Below are positions 41,036 to 50,710 of a DNA stretch of 64,000 nucleotides, one piece after another (the first letter of the stretch is position 1; each line of letters starts with the position of its first letter). A program made the translations under genes and the position numbers. Location: contig OY762492.1 in the NCBI GenBank assembly GCA_963665845.2, forward strand, positions 2,176,001-2,240,000, given 5' to 3'. Origin of the DNA: Candidatus Poribacteria bacterium. Its GTDB lineage: Bacteria > Poribacteria > WGA-4E > GCA-2687025. The notes under the pieces are model-generated. The model was not told the DNA's origin. It saw nothing but the letters and a program-made list of their open reading frames with translations, and made no database searches.

Positions 41036-41233
41036 CGCGCCCCCTCTCCTCGTTCCCCGCTTCCGCGAGGACATGCATTCCCGCGCCCCCTCTCCTCGTT
41101 CCCCGCTTCCGCGAGGACATGCATTCCCGCGCCCCCTCTCCTCGTCATTCCCGCGTAAGCGGGAATCCAGAGTCGATCCCGAAACCGTCTGCGTTCACAA
41201 CCAGAATTGTCCCAGCTCTAAGGGTGAGGTCAG
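41036..41233 (+). repeat. 46-bp stutter repeats + REP + right half of MITE
   Basis: CGCGCCCCCTCTCCTCGTTCCCCGCTTCCGCGAGGACATGCATTCC x2, then full REP and ...GGGTGAGGTCAG. Confidence 0.85.
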
Positions 41234-41357
41234 CATGAACCCTTGACGCCCTCCCGCGCGCGCCCCATTTACTCATGGGGCGATGTTCGATGCAACAACC
41301 CCGCTGTTGAATACGTAAACCATGCTGTCCACGTCAGCAGATGAATGCGGGGTTCTT

Positions 41358-42062
41358 ATGACGCATGAGCGCGCTATGAAAATCGTTTTAGAAATGGACA
41401 TCATCGGACCCTCTCACGGGTCTGTCCATGACGACTACGACCGAGTCCGCAGGGCGTTGGACCGGCAGCCCGACGCGGCCGCCGCCCTGAACGCCCTTGA
41501 CCCTTCTCAAATGGAAGAGACGCCTCAAGGCGCCGCCGCGCACCGCGGATGCCATGAAATTTTGCGCCTGTTCATCGAGCGCGGCGTACAAATGGACATC
41601 TTTATGGCTGCCGCCATGTGCAAAGACGACCTCATCCGCGAAACGCTAGACCGCAAACCAGAAGCGGCGAACGCGCTCGGAGCGCACGGAATCCATCTCT
41701 TGAATCATGCGGGAAGCAAAACGACCGCCCGAACGCTCCTGAACCGCGGAAGCGATCCCTGTTATATCGTGTATCTGCCGTGCAGATGGACGCCGGCGCA
41801 TGAAGCGGCGGCGCAGGGCAGGTTGGACATCTTAAAAGAGCTTGCGAGGCATCGCCCCCGCTGTATCGCCGCGGCAAACGGAACGACGCCCCTTCATGCC
41901 GCCGCGCGAGGCGGACATCTCGAAACGGTACGCTGGCTGCTGAATCAAGAGATACACGCCGCCGCTGTCGGGGCGGGAAGTTGCTGGGAAGGAAAAACGC
42001 CGCGCCAATTGGCAGTTGAAAACGGACACTGGGGCGCCGCGGCGCTTTTCAACGCATACTGA
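41358..42062 (+). CDS. Ankyrin repeat protein
   Basis: WTPAHEAA, GTTPLHAAARGGHLETVRWLL, GKTPRQLA; start uncertain. Confidence 0.85.
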   Translation: MTHERAMKIVLEMDIIGPSHGSVHDDYDRVRRALDRQPDAAAALNALDPSQMEETPQGAAAHRGCHEILRLFIERGVQMDIFMAAAMCKDDLIRETLDRKPEAANALGAHGIHLLNHAGSKTTARTLLNRGSDPCYIVYLPCRWTPAHEAAAQGRLDILKELARHRPRCIAAANGTTPLHAAARGGHLETVRWLLNQEIHAAAVGAGSCWEGKTPRQLAVENGHWGAAALFNAY

Positions 42063-42063
42063 C

Positions 42064-42157
42064 CGCCGCCTCCGATTCCCCTTGAAAGCCGCCTCCGATT
42101 CCCCCCTTGAAAGCCGCCTCCGATTCCCCCCTTGAAAAGGGGGGCTAGGGGGGTTTA
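42064..42157. repeat. C/G-run hairpin with two upstream half-copies
   Basis: CGCCTCCGATTCCCC(CC)TTGAAA x3, the last completed by AGGGGGGCTAGGGGGG. Confidence 0.85.
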
Positions 42158-42175
42158 AAGGACGGGCGCGCCGCC

Positions 42176-42934
42176 TCATTCGTCCGCGCCGTCCTCCGAC
42201 TCTTCCTCCGCCTCCGGCGGCAGTATCTCATCGCGCAGGGTGAATATCTCCACGCCGGGCGGCGGAATGAACTGAAACAGGCTTTCCTTCGGCTTCGCTT
42301 CGATGTCCACCTTCTTTAACTGAATCGCGGTAACAATGCCGCCGGGATTCGAATACGCAATCTGGATGGGCAGCCATGTTTCGCCGTCAATCCAGATGTC
42401 GAACAGCTCGGACGGCGCCTGCGCCTGCGGTTCCCCCTCTTTCGGCTTCGGCTCGTCCTCCTTCGGTTTCCGTTTGATCTGCAGGCGGTGGATATTCTTC
42501 TTCGCCGTGATCTCGTCATGGATGAGCGAGATGTCGTACAGTTCCGGCAGCGTTTCAAAAAAGGTTCCGACGCCCGGCAGCCACTCTTTAGCGCGGCTTT
42601 CCGGTATCTTCTTGCGGGTTGCCTGATTGTAAAAAGGCGTGTACGACCATGCCAGCTTTCCGTCGATCACAATCAGCTGCGTCACTTCGCTTGGGTCTTC
42701 TTCGTCAAAATACTCTAGCCGCAAGAGAGCCGGGGGCTTGAAATAGAGACGCGCGACCGCCTTCTCGCTCTGCGACCGGAAGATCGTCTCCTCATGAATC
42801 TCCGCCGTGAACCCCTCTAGGGACGCGTACAGCTTCTGCGTTTTTTCAAAAACCTGCAGCGCCGTCATCGGCTCCTTGTCAGGCTGCGGAACCGCCGCCG
42901 CAATCAGACACAACGCAACAATGCACTTCATCAT
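42176..42934 (-). CDS. lolA: Outer-membrane lipoprotein carrier protein LolA family
   Basis: LYFKPP.LLRLEY, IVIDGK.AWSYTP..NQA, FQFIPPPGVEI motifs. Confidence 0.8.
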   Translation of the reverse strand: MMKCIVALCLIAAAVPQPDKEPMTALQVFEKTQKLYASLEGFTAEIHEETIFRSQSEKAVARLYFKPPALLRLEYFDEEDPSEVTQLIVIDGKLAWSYTPFYNQATRKKIPESRAKEWLPGVGTFFETLPELYDISLIHDEITAKKNIHRLQIKRKPKEDEPKPKEGEPQAQAPSELFDIWIDGETWLPIQIAYSNPGGIVTAIQLKKVDIEAKPKESLFQFIPPPGVEIFTLRDEILPPEAEEESEDGADE

Positions 42935-42964
42935 GGCAACACGCTTTCAACAATTCGCGCTTGG

Positions 42965-43909
42965 CTACACCGGTTCCAGTTCAGCATGCCCTTCTTTTTC
43001 AGGCGCGTCAAGCTGCTCATCCTCCTCTGGATCCCCCAGCCGCGACAAGATGCGCAGGCTGCGCAGCGCCTGCGTTTCGATCTGGCGGATGCGCTCGCGC
43101 GTCACATTCTGCATCTCGCCGATTTCGCGCAGGGAGCGCTCCCGCCCGTCCTCCAAACCGAACCGCAGACGCAGAATCTCGCGCTCTCGGTCGGGCAGCT
43201 GTTCAAGCAGCCGCTCAATCTCCTGCTCCAAGATGATGTTGGTCAGCAGCTCGTCGGCCGTTTCGCGCCGGTCGTCCGGAATCATGTCCATCATCGTCGC
43301 CGTCTCCGCGCTGTCGCCGATCGGCATGTCCAGCGGCAGCGCGTCCGCCTCAATCGACATGACGCTCCGAACCTGATTCTCCGGCCAGCCCAGCTCAACT
43401 CCGATCTCTATCAGGGTCGGTTCGCGCTCAAGTCTCTGGCGCAGCCTAGCCGCCGCCTCTTCGCACTTCGCTTTCTTGGCGACAATGTAGCTCGGCAGCC
43501 GAATGGAGCGGGCGTTGGCGTCCAGCGCGCGCATGACCGCCTGCCGTATCCACCAGACCGCATAGGTGCTGAATTTGAACCCGCGCCGGTAGTCGAACTT
43601 GTCGACGGCGCGCATCAAGCCGATGTTGCCCTCCTGAATCAGATCGGAAAGCGGCACATTATGACCCTGATACTTGGACGCGACGCTCACCACGAGGCGC
43701 AGGTTGGCGAGAGCCATCTCCTCCCGCGCCTTTTGATCGCCGCGTTCAATGCGCTGCGCAAGAGCCGCCTCTTCCTCGCGCGTCAGCAGCTTCGATTTTT
43801 GAATATCGCGCATCCACATCTGGAGCGCGTCCGGGGCGACGCCTCGATGTTCCGCCCCTTTTTGCGGTCGCTGCGCTTCCCCCTTTCGCCGACGGCGTTT
43901 CGCTGTCAT
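42965..43909 (-). CDS. sigma70 family sigma factor lacking region 1.1 (RpoD/RpoS-like, group 2)
   Basis: ANLRLVVSVA, DLIQEGNIGLMRAVDKFDYRRGFKFSTYAVWWIRQA, VTRERIRQIE. Confidence 0.92.
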   Translation of the reverse strand: MTAKRRRRKGEAQRPQKGAEHRGVAPDALQMWMRDIQKSKLLTREEEAALAQRIERGDQKAREEMALANLRLVVSVASKYQGHNVPLSDLIQEGNIGLMRAVDKFDYRRGFKFSTYAVWWIRQAVMRALDANARSIRLPSYIVAKKAKCEEAAARLRQRLEREPTLIEIGVELGWPENQVRSVMSIEADALPLDMPIGDSAETATMMDMIPDDRRETADELLTNIILEQEIERLLEQLPDREREILRLRFGLEDGRERSLREIGEMQNVTRERIRQIETQALRSLRILSRLGDPEEDEQLDAPEKEGHAELEPV

Positions 43910-43948
43910 TTTTCATCTCCAAACGCTTTATGGACTAACATACGTATA

Positions 43949-43973
43949 TAGACGCATTTAGAAATGAAACGTT
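43949..43973 (-). promoter_or_regulatory. Possible ECF-type promoter
   Basis: AAC-N16-CGTCTA on minus strand upstream of the sigma gene. Confidence 0.35.
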
Positions 43974-44002
43974 GAGTCGGGCTGTCAGGTTTACACTGTA
44001 GG

Positions 44003-44170
44003 CAAACCTTAAGGATTTAGTTGGGACATGTCGGCATGGGAACGCGGACGTCTTCTGCAACGCCTCTAGATTCCCGCTTACGCGGGAATGACGGTTTGGT
44101 CAGCGGCGCCTTTTTCCCATGAATAGAGCGATCGTCAGTTCAAATGTCCCAACTTTCAGCATGAGGTCAG
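44003..44170 (-). mobile_element. MITE, 168-bp variant
   Basis: TIRs ...TTTAGTTGGGACAT / ATGTCCCAACTTTCAGCATGAGGTCAG with central REP. Confidence 0.85.
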
Positions 44171-44188
44171 ATAGTCGCTAGCCCCTTT

Positions 44189-45043
44189 TTATGCAGGCGG
44201 CGCGATCGTCATCAGCTGCGGATTCAAGCTGCCCGTCCGGTACCCGTCCAGATCCAACGACACGAAGCGGTAACCGATCTCCCGAAGGGTTGAGGCGATC
44301 TTTTCATAGGCTCCGTTTTGAAAGACGCGCCCCATCTCTTCAGGCGCCATTTCGATGCGCGCGATGGACCATCCGCCGGACGGGTCCTCATGGTGGCGGA
44401 CGCGAAACTGGCGGAAGCCGAGCTGATGGAGGCAATCTTCAGCCGCGTCCACCTGCGCCAACTTCTTCGCGGAGATGCGCGTCCCATGCGGAAAACGGGA
44501 CGAAAGGCATGCCAAAGCAGGCTTGTTCCAGGTCGACAAGCCGAGCGCCTTCGATAAGGCGCGGATGTCCTCCTTCGTCATGCCGGCTTCCAAAAGCGGC
44601 GCATGGACGCGCCATTTGCGCGCCGCTTCCATGCCAGGTCGGTAGTCGCCCGTATCGTCCAGATTCGCGCCGTACGCCACATTTCGAATGCCGGTCTCCT
44701 CCGAGACCGCCTCCAGCTGCGTGAACAGCTCATCTTTACAAAAATAGCAGCGGTTCGACGCGTTTTTGGCGTAATCCTCATTTTGAAGTTCGTACGCGCG
44801 CGCTTCTCGTAGGCGCACCCCGATCTCATCGGCGACGACGCGGGCGGCGCGCAGCTCGCGGGCGGGCAGCGACTCCGAGACGGCGATGACGGCTAAAGCG
44901 CGCTCGCCGAGGGCGTCGTACGCCAGCTTCGCAAGCAAGGCGCTGTCGACGCCGCCGGAGTAAGCAATCAGCGCCGACTCCAGATCGGACAGCCGCCGGG
45001 TCGCTTCGACATATTTTTCAGTCAACGGGCGGGACAACTCCAT
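44189..45043 (-). CDS. larE: ATP-dependent sacrificial sulfur transferase LarE
   Basis: AYSGGVDS PP-loop, RCYFCK, DYRPG, ACLSSRFPHG, RVRHH, DLDGYRTGSLN. Confidence 0.92.
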   Translation of the reverse strand: MELSRPLTEKYVEATRRLSDLESALIAYSGGVDSALLAKLAYDALGERALAVIAVSESLPARELRAARVVADEIGVRLREARAYELQNEDYAKNASNRCYFCKDELFTQLEAVSEETGIRNVAYGANLDDTGDYRPGMEAARKWRVHAPLLEAGMTKEDIRALSKALGLSTWNKPALACLSSRFPHGTRISAKKLAQVDAAEDCLHQLGFRQFRVRHHEDPSGGWSIARIEMAPEEMGRVFQNGAYEKIASTLREIGYRFVSLDLDGYRTGSLNPQLMTIAPPA

Positions 45044-45060
45044 GAACGCCCCCTTCGTCA

Positions 45061-46833
45061 TTAAGCCTCTTCAGTCGCGGTCGGGTCGGGTCGTTTGTAA
45101 CGGCTCATATAACGGACGATCTCTCCGATCATCCACAGCTCCAGCGCAAAAATCAAACCGCCGATGAGAACAAGATGCCACTTCCCTTCGCCGACATGCA
45201 GATACAGATTTCCGATCAACGCCCATCCGCTCACCGCCAGCATGAACGCCATCGGCAGAGATGTGTAGAACGTACGCTTGCTTTGCTTCGCCAGCCAGAC
45301 GGTGATCACAAGCAGCGCCAGCGCGCCAATCAGCTGATTTGCCGTCCCGAAGAGCGGCCAGAGAGTCATGCCGCCGGTTCCGCCGTTTTGAAACGCCAGC
45401 AAAGCCGCCGAGCCGACCGCAAAGACGGTCGCCCCATGCCGAGTCTGCAGCGGCTTGACATTCAAATCTTCCGCAATCTCCGTCACAATATACCGCTGAA
45501 GGCGCGTCGCCGTGTCCAGCGTCGTCCCTGCGAACGAGGCGACCATGACGCCCATGATGGCGACCGCTATCGCTTCCGGTATTCCGATCGCCATGATCAT
45601 CTGCGCGGAGCCGTCCACAAAGGCGCCCAGTTTCGCGCCCAGCCCGTTCGCGGCTCCCCATTCGGCGTAACGCTCCGTGAAGGCGGCGACTCCGAGCGCG
45701 GAACCGTCCGCGCCTGCTTTTAAGCCGATCGCGGCGCCGCATGCGATGACGACCATCGTCGCCAGCGCGCCTTCCAGCAGCATCGCGCCGTAGCCGACCG
45801 ACCGCGCATGCGACTCGGACGCCATCTGCTTCGATGTGGTGCCTGAAGAGACGAGGCAGTGGAAACCTGAAACGGCGCCGCATGCGATCGTGATAAACAC
45901 AAACGGAATGAGAGCCGGGGCGCCTGCAATGCCGGCTCCGCCCGCCGTTGTCAAGCTCTTGATCTTTTCCCAAAAAGAGATGTCTTCTGGAAGCGAGACG
46001 TTGACCGCCGGGGCGACCATCTCTGGACGCGAAAGAAGCAAGCCGATGATCAACAGCGTCAGCACAATGAACAGCTGATGTCCGTTGATATAGTCGCGCG
46101 GCTGAAGCAGCTTTTGAACAGGCAGAACCGACGCGATGTAGGCGTAGACGAACAGGATAACGGACCACCAGATCACCGACGAAACGCCGAAAAAGTCGGG
46201 CATCGAGAGCGGAACATACGCGCCGATGACGACAAACAGGTACAGCAAAGCCGCCGCGATGATCGCCATGACGCCTGAATTCGCGCCGCGCTTGTAGATC
46301 ATATGCCCAACCCAGAGGGCGATCGGGAGTTCCACCCATACCGCCAAGACCGATGTTGGATACAGCTTAAAGATGGTCGCAATGACGAGCGCGAAGACGG
46401 CTAAGACGATGAAGAGCGCGATCAGGAGTATCCATAAAAACGCGCGCTTGACGCTCGGCGTGACGATCGCCTCGGCGATGTCGCCGATGGTGCGCCCCTT
46501 ATTGCGAAGCGACAATACCAACGCGCCGAGGTCATGAACGGCGCCGACAAAGATGGAGCCGAAGACGACCCAGATCATCGCCGGAACCCAGCCCCAGATG
46601 ACCGCAATCGCCGGACCGACGATCGGACCGACGCCGGCTATCGAGGTGAAATGATGCCCGAAAAGGATCTCCCGCTTCGTCGGGACATAATCGCGCCCGT
46701 CTTCCAACTCATTCGCGGGCGTTTTTCGGCTCGGATCGATCCCGAACAGCTTCTGGGCAAGAAATTTGCCGTAGGTGTTGTACGCGACAATAAAGCCGAC
46801 AAAGGCGAACAGGGCGATCCAGATAGAGTTCAT
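45061..46833 (-). CDS. cstA: Carbon starvation protein A family transporter
   Basis: DGRDYVPT, FGHHFTSIAG.GPIVGP, LLQPRDY, ITIACGAVSGFH, LWPLFG.ANQL. Confidence 0.95.
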   Translation of the reverse strand: MNSIWIALFAFVGFIVAYNTYGKFLAQKLFGIDPSRKTPANELEDGRDYVPTKREILFGHHFTSIAGVGPIVGPAIAVIWGWVPAMIWVVFGSIFVGAVHDLGALVLSLRNKGRTIGDIAEAIVTPSVKRAFLWILLIALFIVLAVFALVIATIFKLYPTSVLAVWVELPIALWVGHMIYKRGANSGVMAIIAAALLYLFVVIGAYVPLSMPDFFGVSSVIWWSVILFVYAYIASVLPVQKLLQPRDYINGHQLFIVLTLLIIGLLLSRPEMVAPAVNVSLPEDISFWEKIKSLTTAGGAGIAGAPALIPFVFITIACGAVSGFHCLVSSGTTSKQMASESHARSVGYGAMLLEGALATMVVIACGAAIGLKAGADGSALGVAAFTERYAEWGAANGLGAKLGAFVDGSAQMIMAIGIPEAIAVAIMGVMVASFAGTTLDTATRLQRYIVTEIAEDLNVKPLQTRHGATVFAVGSAALLAFQNGGTGGMTLWPLFGTANQLIGALALLVITVWLAKQSKRTFYTSLPMAFMLAVSGWALIGNLYLHVGEGKWHLVLIGGLIFALELWMIGEIVRYMSRYKRPDPTATEEA

Positions 46834-46858
46834 ACGCTCTCACATTCGATTCACTGCA

Positions 46859-47791
46859 TTAAGCGTTATGATGCCATGAAGCGCGGCGCGCTGCAAGCAC
46901 AAGCAACGCCCCCCGCTCCACCTTAAAAGAGGCGGGCGTCTCGGCGGCAGGCTCCCCGTCAGCATAGACCAACTGCGGCTCCTCCGTTTCAAGTTGCAGC
47001 GCGCTCGTCGTCAACATCTCCACGCCGCGCCGTCCGACATGCGCGCCTTTCATAATCAGCGCCAACAAACGCAGCCGCTCCAAACGGCTTGTCCGCCCAA
47101 TCAGGCACACGTTGAGCAGTCCGTCCTCCGTCTCGGCGCCGGGCGCGATATGAAACCGCTTTCCGTACACAGCCGTATTCGCCGCGGCGCACAAGGTGGC
47201 TTCCAGCCGCCGCTTGCCAAAATCGCCCCGTATGTTGACGGGAATGCGGCGGTATGTCCACGCTTGGCGAACCGCCTCAACCAGATAGCTGCGACCCGAC
47301 CTGCGCGTCTCTCGGCTGATATGCGCGTCGATTCCAAACGCGGCGACGGTGCAAAACCGCGTCCCGTTCACATTGCCGAGGTCGATGGGGCGAATCTCGG
47401 CGTCTGTTCCGCCGCGTTCTTTTATTTGTTTAAAATGGCGCGCGATCAACTGCGCAGCGCGTTCGGCGTCGTCCGGGATTCTCATCGCCCGCGCAAAATC
47501 GTTCGCCCTGCCGGCGGGTATCAGCGCGAGAGCGGTTTTTGTATGAGCGAGCGCGTTCGCCGCCGCATGGGCGGAGCCGTCCCCTCCGCATACGGCGACA
47601 GCTGCGCGCTTCTCTTCCGCCGCGCGCGCCGCCGCCTCCCGCGTCTCATCGGGCGACCTGCAGAGCGCCAGCTCCGTCTGAACGCCGGCGCTTTCTAGGA
47701 TTCGGCGCGCCTTCTCGCCGGCGGACGCCCCGCGCCCCCGTCCCGCCTGCGGATTCACCAACAATAAAAGCGGACGCGCCTCACGAGACAT
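46859..47791 (-). CDS. Diacylglycerol/lipid kinase family protein (YegS/DAGK)
   Basis: LVNPQAGRG, CGGDGS, IPAGRANDFAR, YADGE; start overlaps upstream stop. Confidence 0.88.
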   Translation of the reverse strand: MSREARPLLLLVNPQAGRGRGASAGEKARRILESAGVQTELALCRSPDETREAAARAAEEKRAAVAVCGGDGSAHAAANALAHTKTALALIPAGRANDFARAMRIPDDAERAAQLIARHFKQIKERGGTDAEIRPIDLGNVNGTRFCTVAAFGIDAHISRETRRSGRSYLVEAVRQAWTYRRIPVNIRGDFGKRRLEATLCAAANTAVYGKRFHIAPGAETEDGLLNVCLIGRTSRLERLRLLALIMKGAHVGRRGVEMLTTSALQLETEEPQLVYADGEPAAETPASFKVERGALLVLAARRASWHHNA

Positions 47792-49385
47792 CGCAGACAA
47801 AAAGCGGCGGCCAATGAAAATTCGTGATCTTCGGATCGCCCCCCGTAAAGCTCTTCGCCTTCTCGACCGCCTCCTCCATCGTCTGCGCGGTGTCGTAACC
47901 CATGCGCTCCGCCGCTTCAACGGAACGGGCGTTGCGCGGTTTCAACACAATCGTTTTGCCGAGATGATTCAGCCCATGCGCGCCCCAATACCACATATAC
48001 AGCGCATGCGCCCCATGGTACGCATACTCTTCGCGGTACATCCGAATATATTTTGGATTTTGCGCAAATTTCGGCTCAATTTCATGGTACAGCGTTTCCA
48101 TGTCGGTCGTCTCTGGAAACACCTCGTCAAACAGCTCAATGTAGGACGGGTGGTGCTGTTCATGAAAAAGATAGTCCAGCGGATGCGCCATGATCAAAAC
48201 GCCGCCCTCCCGAACCAGCGGCTTGCCGCGGTACAGGTTGAACATATACCCCAGCATCAAGCAATGCGCCAGCAGCGGGTTCATGATCGAATTCACATTA
48301 TACGGTCCGATGTACGGCGTTCCCGCAATCAGAATGTCGCACTGCCCCTCCACCGGAACCGCCTGCTGCTTGAAGACGTTCTCCAGCGTCCGCGCATGCA
48401 CAGGATCGGTCCTGCCCGCCTGAACGCTCGTCAACCCGTACGGCGCGCGCATCGATTGAAAAATTGCCCGCATCGCTGAATTTGGAAGAATGGCGGCAGA
48501 GTTTTTGTTGAAATGAAAATTCGCCTTGTCCAAGAAAGACCACTCATCCTCCCGCTTCTGTAAAAACGGAAACATATGCGGGAAGGTGGCGCTGTTGAAG
48601 GTCGACTCGATATGAAACACGTTCAGGTTCTCGTTCACGATCTTGCCCATGCGGTTCAACGAATCATGCATCGCCGAACGAGTCGGGTCCATCAAGGAGC
48701 GGGTCTCGCTCAACACGCCGGGGTTATGGTGATGGTACAGGCTGCGGTAGGAGGTCAAGCCCGTGTTGAGCGACTTATGCCCGCCGTCCATGGAGGACAG
48801 GTTCAGGTTCACATAGATGACCAGGTCGGATTCGGCGGCGCGCCGGTGTATCTCCACATGCTCGCCATGTTCGGTCTTTCCAAGCAGAACCATGTTGTCG
48901 ACATCTTCGGCGTCATGGTTGTACAGCTGCCCCGACGGGTGAAACTGGTTGAAGATGTTGGGACCGACCTGCTCCTTGATCTCCTTCGGCGTCATGCGGC
49001 GATGCAAGCCGAGGGCGGCGATCATGTGTATGTCGTCGATGCCGGCGGCGGTCAGCTTTTCAACCAGCAGCTCCATCGCCGTCCGCCGAAAGTCGGGCTG
49101 GCGCATCGGCGGCAGCGTCAGCGACAGGTCGTCAAACGCGATGGTCACTTTCATGCCGGGGCGCAGCTGGGCGGAAAGCGGGTCCGCCTCCAGCGGGTTC
49201 TCTATTGCCCGCTCCACCTCGCCGCGGACATCCTGAATCGGCGGCAGCGGCTTCGGCGGATAGATGACGCGCGTTCCCTTCGGCATCTTTTCAAAAAGAA
49301 ACCCCTCGCCGTAATGCATCAAGAACCGCTTATCAGGATCCTCAACATACTGGATCAGATCCGACCTGTCGGGCGCGTCGTTCAT
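47781..49385 (-). CDS. Lactate racemase (LarA/DUF2088) domain-containing protein
   Basis: VTIAFDD, ALGLHRRMT, NHDAED, LGKTEHGEHVEIH, DGGHKS motifs; GGAG RBS. Confidence 0.85.
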   Translation of the reverse strand: MNDAPDRSDLIQYVEDPDKRFLMHYGEGFLFEKMPKGTRVIYPPKPLPPIQDVRGEVERAIENPLEADPLSAQLRPGMKVTIAFDDLSLTLPPMRQPDFRRTAMELLVEKLTAAGIDDIHMIAALGLHRRMTPKEIKEQVGPNIFNQFHPSGQLYNHDAEDVDNMVLLGKTEHGEHVEIHRRAAESDLVIYVNLNLSSMDGGHKSLNTGLTSYRSLYHHHNPGVLSETRSLMDPTRSAMHDSLNRMGKIVNENLNVFHIESTFNSATFPHMFPFLQKREDEWSFLDKANFHFNKNSAAILPNSAMRAIFQSMRAPYGLTSVQAGRTDPVHARTLENVFKQQAVPVEGQCDILIAGTPYIGPYNVNSIMNPLLAHCLMLGYMFNLYRGKPLVREGGVLIMAHPLDYLFHEQHHPSYIELFDEVFPETTDMETLYHEIEPKFAQNPKYIRMYREEYAYHGAHALYMWYWGAHGLNHLGKTIVLKPRNARSVEAAERMGYDTAQTMEEAVEKAKSFTGGDPKITNFHWPPLFVCDVS

Positions 49386-49478
49386 AAGGCTCCATCCTCC
49401 GCCGCTTTGCTTTTTTCATGATACAACAGCCCCGCCGCATATTCTATCGATTTGTTCAACGGCGTCCGCGCCGCCGAT

Positions 49479-49981
49479 CCGTCATTCCCGTGAAAACGGG
49501 AATCTTAGGCGCCGCAGAAGACGTCCGCGCCGCCGATCCGTCATTCCCGCGTAAGCGGGAATCCAGATTTCCGCCGGAAACCGTCCGCGTCCGCCCGCCG
49601 CGTCCGGCGTAAACCCCCCTAGCCCCCCTTTTCAAGGGGGGAATCGGATGCGCCGGGCCTGCAGACCGTCATTCCCGTGAAAACGGGAATCTTAGGCGCC
49701 GCAGAAGACGTCCGCGCCGCCGATCCGTCATTCCCGCGTAAGCGGGAATCCAGATTTCCGCCGGAAACCGTCCGCGTCCGCCCGCCGCGTCCGGCGTAAA
49801 CCCCCCTAGCCCCCCTTTCAAGGGGGGAATCGGATGCGCCGGGCCTGCAGACCGTCATTCCCGCGCAAGCGGGAATCTAGAGGCGCCGCAGAAGACGTCC
49901 GCGTTCGCATGCCGACATGTCCCAACTTAAGACGTAAGGTCGGTTAAACCCCCCTAGCCCCCCTTTTCAAGGGGGGAATCG
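49479..49981. repeat. BIME-like array: about 187-bp unit x2 (two REPs + C/G hairpin each), then half MITE and C/G hairpin
   Basis: 49479-49665 and 49666-49851 nearly identical; MITE right end at about 49943. Confidence 0.9.
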
Positions 49982-50053
49982 GTTTTCAGCGTGTTGATTT
50001 TCTTTTAACGGTAGAAAAAACCGCCTGAAACCGTCATAATTTCTGCCGGCATT

Positions 50054-50081
50054 AAACTTTCTACCGCGGCGGCGCGTCTAA
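50054..50081 (+). promoter_or_regulatory. Probable autoregulated ECF promoter
   Basis: AAAC-N17-CGTCTAA upstream of the ECF sigma gene. Confidence 0.5.
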
Positions 50082-50113
50082 GATTTGAACGACCTTTGCG
50101 GAGGCTCTAGATT

Positions 50114-50704
50114 ATGAAACCGCCTGACCATTATCTGGTTCAGCAATTTAAAAACGGCGACAAGTCCGCGTTCGACGTTTTGACCGAGCGGCATTACAAG
50201 CGCATCTACGATTACGCCTACTACCAGACGCGCAATGTGGACGATTCCTACGACATCGCGCAGGAGGTGTTTTTTCGCGCGTTCAAGTCGCTTCATAATT
50301 TCAAAGGCAACTCCACTTTTTACACTTGGATCTACCAGATCGCGCGAAACGCATGCGTCGATTACTACAGGCGGCGAAGCTCCAGACCGACGGTGGAGCT
50401 GACCGAGGAGATGATCAACCAAGAAAACATCTCCACCATGCGCCAGCCCGAACGGCGGCCGGACAGCATCGTTCTTGGAAAAGAGCTGGAGGAGCAGATA
50501 CGCGCCGCCGTCAGCCAGCTGCCTGAAAAGCAACGGCAGGTTTTTATTTTAAGACATTTTGAGGGGCTTTCGCTCCAGGAAATCGCGACGGTCATGGACA
50601 GAAGCCTTGGAACGATCAAGGCGCATCTGCACCATTCCACGCGCAAAGTTTGGAAACTTCTGGAACCGTATCTCTCCGACAAACCAGTTCGGAAAGGGGG
50701 ATAA
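50114..50704 (+). CDS. ECF sigma factor (RpoE/SigW-like)
   Basis: DIAQEVFFRAF, FYTWIYQIARN, LPEKQRQVFILR, GLSLQEIA; GGAGG RBS. Confidence 0.92.
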   Translation: MKPPDHYLVQQFKNGDKSAFDVLTERHYKRIYDYAYYQTRNVDDSYDIAQEVFFRAFKSLHNFKGNSTFYTWIYQIARNACVDYYRRRSSRPTVELTEEMINQENISTMRQPERRPDSIVLGKELEEQIRAAVSQLPEKQRQVFILRHFEGLSLQEIATVMDRSLGTIKAHLHHSTRKVWKLLEPYLSDKPVRKGG

Positions 50705-50710
50705 CCAATC

